From an uncultured bacterium (lineage in GTDB: Bacteria; Hinthialibacterota; Hinthialibacteria; Hinthialibacterales; Hinthialibacteraceae), in assembly GCA_964449065.1 (NCBI GenBank), contig CAYVAZ010000006.1:1-38880 (forward strand): 38,880 bases of DNA. The letters run 5' to 3'. Under the pieces are notes generated by a model. That model did no database searches. It had not been told where the DNA came from and worked only from the letters and a program-made list of their open reading frames with translations. Both the position numbers and the translations under genes were made by a program. Position 1 is the stretch's first letter. Each line of letters starts with the position of its first letter. Positions 37,046 to 38,880 of the stretch are shown piece by piece.

Positions 37046-37239
37046 TCTCCTCCAATAATACCATTTGAAATAAAAAATGTCCGTTATATTGGTAGGGCTC
37101 AACACTCTTACAACCTTGATTACGCTTTATGTCAAAGCGGGTGCAAGCCTGAATCCAACCGAAAGGCTTGTGTCCGGTAGCCCACCAGTCATACCGAAAG
37201 CGGACATTCCATATTTCTTTTGGTATAAATTGGTGGAGA
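37046..37239. other. Structured non-coding element with long terminal inverted repeats (possible IS110/IS1111-derived miniature element or ncRNA)
   Basis: Imperfect IR of about 38 bp (37046-37083 and 37201-37239) enclosing nested stems TGGTAGGGCT/AGCCCACCA and GGGTGCAAGCCT/AGGCTTGTGTCC. Confidence 0.5.
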
Positions 37240-37289
37240 CAAATTCAGTGCAGTAGAACCCGAAGTGTTCTATTAGAAGGAAGAAATAT

Positions 37290-38075
37290 TTAATCCATCA
37301 GCTTCATTTCTTTGAGGATGTTGATTACGATTCCACGGCAGGTGCGTCCGGAAGCGTTTTCTTGCGCCTCGATGTTGGCGGCGAAAATGTAGACGTCTTC
37401 ACCTGTTTCAAGGTATCCCCCGTACCAGCCCCATTGAGTTTCACCTTCTATCCATCCAGAACCGGTCTTGCCGCGCAAGACAAAATCATCACCCGTTTTG
37501 TAGATCATGATGTCTTTGACAATATCGATGTTCCGCTGACCGATGGGGAGGTTGTTGAAATACAACTTTTGCAGAAAGCGGATTTGCTCCATGGCGGAAA
37601 TTTCGAGCGAATCGCCCAGCCAGAATTGATTGATTCCACCGGAGATGTCTTTGTTGCCGTAGTTCAGTTTGTTTAGGTAGTCCCGCATTTTCGCTGTACC
37701 GACTTGGCGGGCGAGCTCTTGATAGTACCAGACGGCGGATTGCTTGAACGCGGTTTTTAGCGTGTGGTCTTTGTTCCAATGCTCGTTCCAGCGTTTGGTG
37801 CCGTCCCATTTGAAGAGGTGGTTTTGGTCTTTAATGACGCCGGAATCAAGCCCGATGAGCGAGTTGGGGATTTTGAAGGTAGAGCAGGGAGAGCGTCGCT
37901 TTTCGGCCAGTTCCGGATTATGGATTTGGAAGTGCTTTTTGTTTGTATCATACAGGACAAAGGTGCTTTCGCGGTAGTCTTTGAAGTACGGCGAGAGATC
38001 GATGGTTTTTATTTCATCCAAGGCTTGTACTTGTAGGCTGAAGAGAATTAGGAAGCAGCAGAGAAATTTGTTCAT
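37290..38075 (-). CDS. Class D beta-lactamase (OXA-like) or BlaR sensor-like penicillin-binding protein
   Basis: Signal peptide plus PCSTFKI, SAVWYYQ, YGN, FWL, KTG and GWYGG. Start is ATG 38075, directly after the upstream stop. Confidence 0.9.
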   Translation of the reverse strand: MNKFLCCFLILFSLQVQALDEIKTIDLSPYFKDYRESTFVLYDTNKKHFQIHNPELAEKRRSPCSTFKIPNSLIGLDSGVIKDQNHLFKWDGTKRWNEHWNKDHTLKTAFKQSAVWYYQELARQVGTAKMRDYLNKLNYGNKDISGGINQFWLGDSLEISAMEQIRFLQKLYFNNLPIGQRNIDIVKDIMIYKTGDDFVLRGKTGSGWIEGETQWGWYGGYLETGEDVYIFAANIEAQENASGRTCRGIVINILKEMKLMD

Positions 38076-38076
38076 A

Positions 38077-38766
38077 TTATTGTTCCGGTTTGGATGTGAG
38101 TGACTGAATGAACCAGCCGATTTCTTGTTGTAAGAACGCATAGGCGTTTTGAAAGTAACCTTCTAAAACGGTGTAATCGGTGACCGGGTCGAAAAACTGG
38201 GCGCTGTTTTCTAGGAAGAAGAGTTTCATATCGCGGTAGTAGGGTTCGATGCGCACGTTAAAGGTGGAGTGCTGCTGTTGGGTTGCCGGGAAAACGAGAC
38301 GGAAGCCGACACCGGTTGTGGGGCGGTTGAAGGTTTTGAGGTGATCGGCTACCGAGGGGATCATCAGGTTTTCCATGCTGGCGTTGGCTTTGTTGGGGCT
38401 GTTGTGCGGCATCAATGTGCGTATCAAAACTTTAGTATGCAGAAAAACCGGAACGTTGAGGTGTTCGCGCAAGGCGGTAAAGATAGTGCGGCAATCCTCA
38501 CAAAAACTAAAGAAGGTGGCCTGGGTCATGTCGTCGCGGTAGACGATACGGTCGCCGGCCAGTGTGAGATGGCGGTTGTTCCCATCGGCCATGCGAGCGC
38601 CTTGGCCTTCGCCTGCGAGTTTAAATTCATTAAAGCGGCAAGGGTCGGCCAGTTTCATATAGACTTCGCGCAGTTTATTGCTTTCCAGCGCCAATGGGGG
38701 ATAGAGGGTTTCGACGCCGAAGGTGAGAGGAATGAATTCGGGCGCGGCTGTGTGTGAGTCGGTCAT
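38077..38766 (-). CDS. Conserved-looking hypothetical cytoplasmic protein (TIGR04255-like alpha/beta pattern)
   Basis: 229-aa ORF with ordinary composition and the motif GVGFRLVFP...FNVRIEPY. The family call is tentative. Confidence 0.6.
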   Translation of the reverse strand: MTDSHTAAPEFIPLTFGVETLYPPLALESNKLREVYMKLADPCRFNEFKLAGEGQGARMADGNNRHLTLAGDRIVYRDDMTQATFFSFCEDCRTIFTALREHLNVPVFLHTKVLIRTLMPHNSPNKANASMENLMIPSVADHLKTFNRPTTGVGFRLVFPATQQQHSTFNVRIEPYYRDMKLFFLENSAQFFDPVTDYTVLEGYFQNAYAFLQQEIGWFIQSLTSKPEQ

Positions 38767-38880
38767 AGAGTCATCCTGAATCGTAATGGTTACTCAACAA
38801 TATATTCAGGATTGGTTGTCTCACAAGGTATGGTTTAGATTGCCGCTGTTGTTTTACCGAAAACGCCCCTTCTCACCGGA

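Noticed and set aside
1-38880. tRNA, rRNA, riboswitch or CRISPR arrays
   Set aside because: No cloverleaf, rRNA-like tract or repeat-spacer pattern was recognised by eye. A covariance-model scan would be needed to exclude riboswitches.

Overview
A 38.9-kb bacterial chromosomal segment from a diderm (LptD present). The gene repertoire (class III-signal pilin with a C-terminal YxPxNG motif, PQQ-like propeller, CBM9-like, CehA/McbA-like, three GT-C enzymes) suggests a Sumerlaeota/Hinthialibacterota/Planctomycetota-like organism; this is inference only. Housekeeping genes include lptD, gatB, mutY, rlmN, cysE and a DnaD-like plus DnaC/IstB-like pair. There is also a class D beta-lactamase-like gene. 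The best candidate for an undescribed system is a visibly AT-rich, co-oriented block at about 7.0-12.8 kb. It encodes an orphan REC-HTH regulator, a DUF1573 Ig-like protein, a LolA-like exported protein, a secreted 10-cysteine mini-protein hidden from the ORF track by a frameshift in a T7 tract, a GT-C glycosyltransferase and a pilin/pseudopilin. The non-coding DNA is rich in small mobile and palindromic elements. These include two copies of an IS66-like MITE with 8-bp target duplications (one carrying nested insertions), REP-like hairpins (one in-frame inside a gene) and a highly structured 194-nt element that may be an IS110/IS1111-type non-coding end. Two genes carry single in-frame TAA stops. 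No tRNA, rRNA or CRISPR array was seen. All family calls are by motif recognition, without database searches.
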